Assembly: GCA_013265495.1 (NCBI GenBank)
Contig: MU060485.1
Location: 1,518,599-1,582,598, forward strand
DNA from: Vicugna vicugna
Taxonomy: Eukaryota
Direction: 5' to 3'
Length of the DNA: 64,000 nucleotides
Shown here piece after piece: positions 63,331-64,000 of the stretch. A model generated the notes under the pieces. The model did not search any database, was not told the origin of the DNA, and worked only from the letters and a program-made list of their open reading frames with translations. The first letter of the stretch is position 1, and every line of letters begins with the position of its first letter. The translations under genes were made by a program, and so were the position numbers.

Positions 63331-64000
63331 AGAAGAAGAAAGCCACAAAAAGAAAGCAGCCATTTTTTTTAATAGTGTCAATTTTAATGGATGAATAAAG
63401 TTAGCTTGCCCAGATTTGATGGCTGAATTTGTAAATTAGGACATTAAATTGGTTGTCTCAGGGGCAAATTTCGGTTTCTTTATGTTAAGGAGTGAAAGAG
63501 AAAAAAGTAGCATTTGAAACAAACCAGTGGTCAATAATAATACTAAGTCATATGGTGCTAACTATGGTAGAATAGGAGTTTAGAGAAGGCGTATGTGACA
63601 CCTGGTGAAATGGAAAAGATACATAACGAGATAGATGCAAAATTGAATTTGTTGCCAAAAGATGGGTAGAGCAGTGATAAATAAAGGTGACTAGAGAAGA
63701 CGTTCTAGGTGTAGGCGATTGAAAACATCAAAGTGGGGCTGGGCCTGTGGATTTGTGGAATAGTGTAAGTGGAGTGAAGTTTCCATAATAGGAAGCATGG
63801 GCAAAAATTTGAGATGGAAGGAGGGAGGCTACATTATTTAAAGCATGATGGTTAAGAATAGGAATAAAGTATAATAACCAGGGAGATCATGAGGGTCTCT
63901 TAGTATGGAATGACGTGATTAAAGGATGTTTGAACACGTAGCTTGAATATCACATCAGAGGACAGGGGTTTCTCTCCCTCTTACTTTTCTAATTGCCACT

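Overview
Repeat-rich mammalian DNA with no recognisable host protein-coding exons. Three tRNA-derived SINEs of the vic-1 type point to a camelid (inference). Most of the window is ordinary eutherian interspersed repeat (L1, L2, MIR, MLT1/MLT2 solo LTRs, MER/Tigger MITEs, microsatellites) plus three N gaps. The outstanding element is a 6.4-kb, two-LTR class III (ERV-S-like) provirus on the + strand at 52378-58795. It has a perfect 5-bp TSD (CTCAC), a tRNA-Ser PBS and LTRs about 93.5% identical. Its gag, pro-pol and env are all decayed but readable. Within it I see (i) an AUG at the PBS edge that a stop inside the splice donor closes in unspliced RNA but that opens into the env-leader frame after splicing, (ii) an amber gag-pol junction followed by a hairpin, (iii) a probable vestigial dUTPase-fold inside the integrase C-terminus, (iv) a gamma-type env, and (v) U3 much better conserved between the LTRs than R-U5. 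A second notable object is a TSD-flanked 350-bp L1 made only of the 5' end and 3' end (9965-10317). Repeat subfamily names and comparisons with HERV-S come from remembered consensus sequences, not from a database search, and coordinates of old repeats are approximate.
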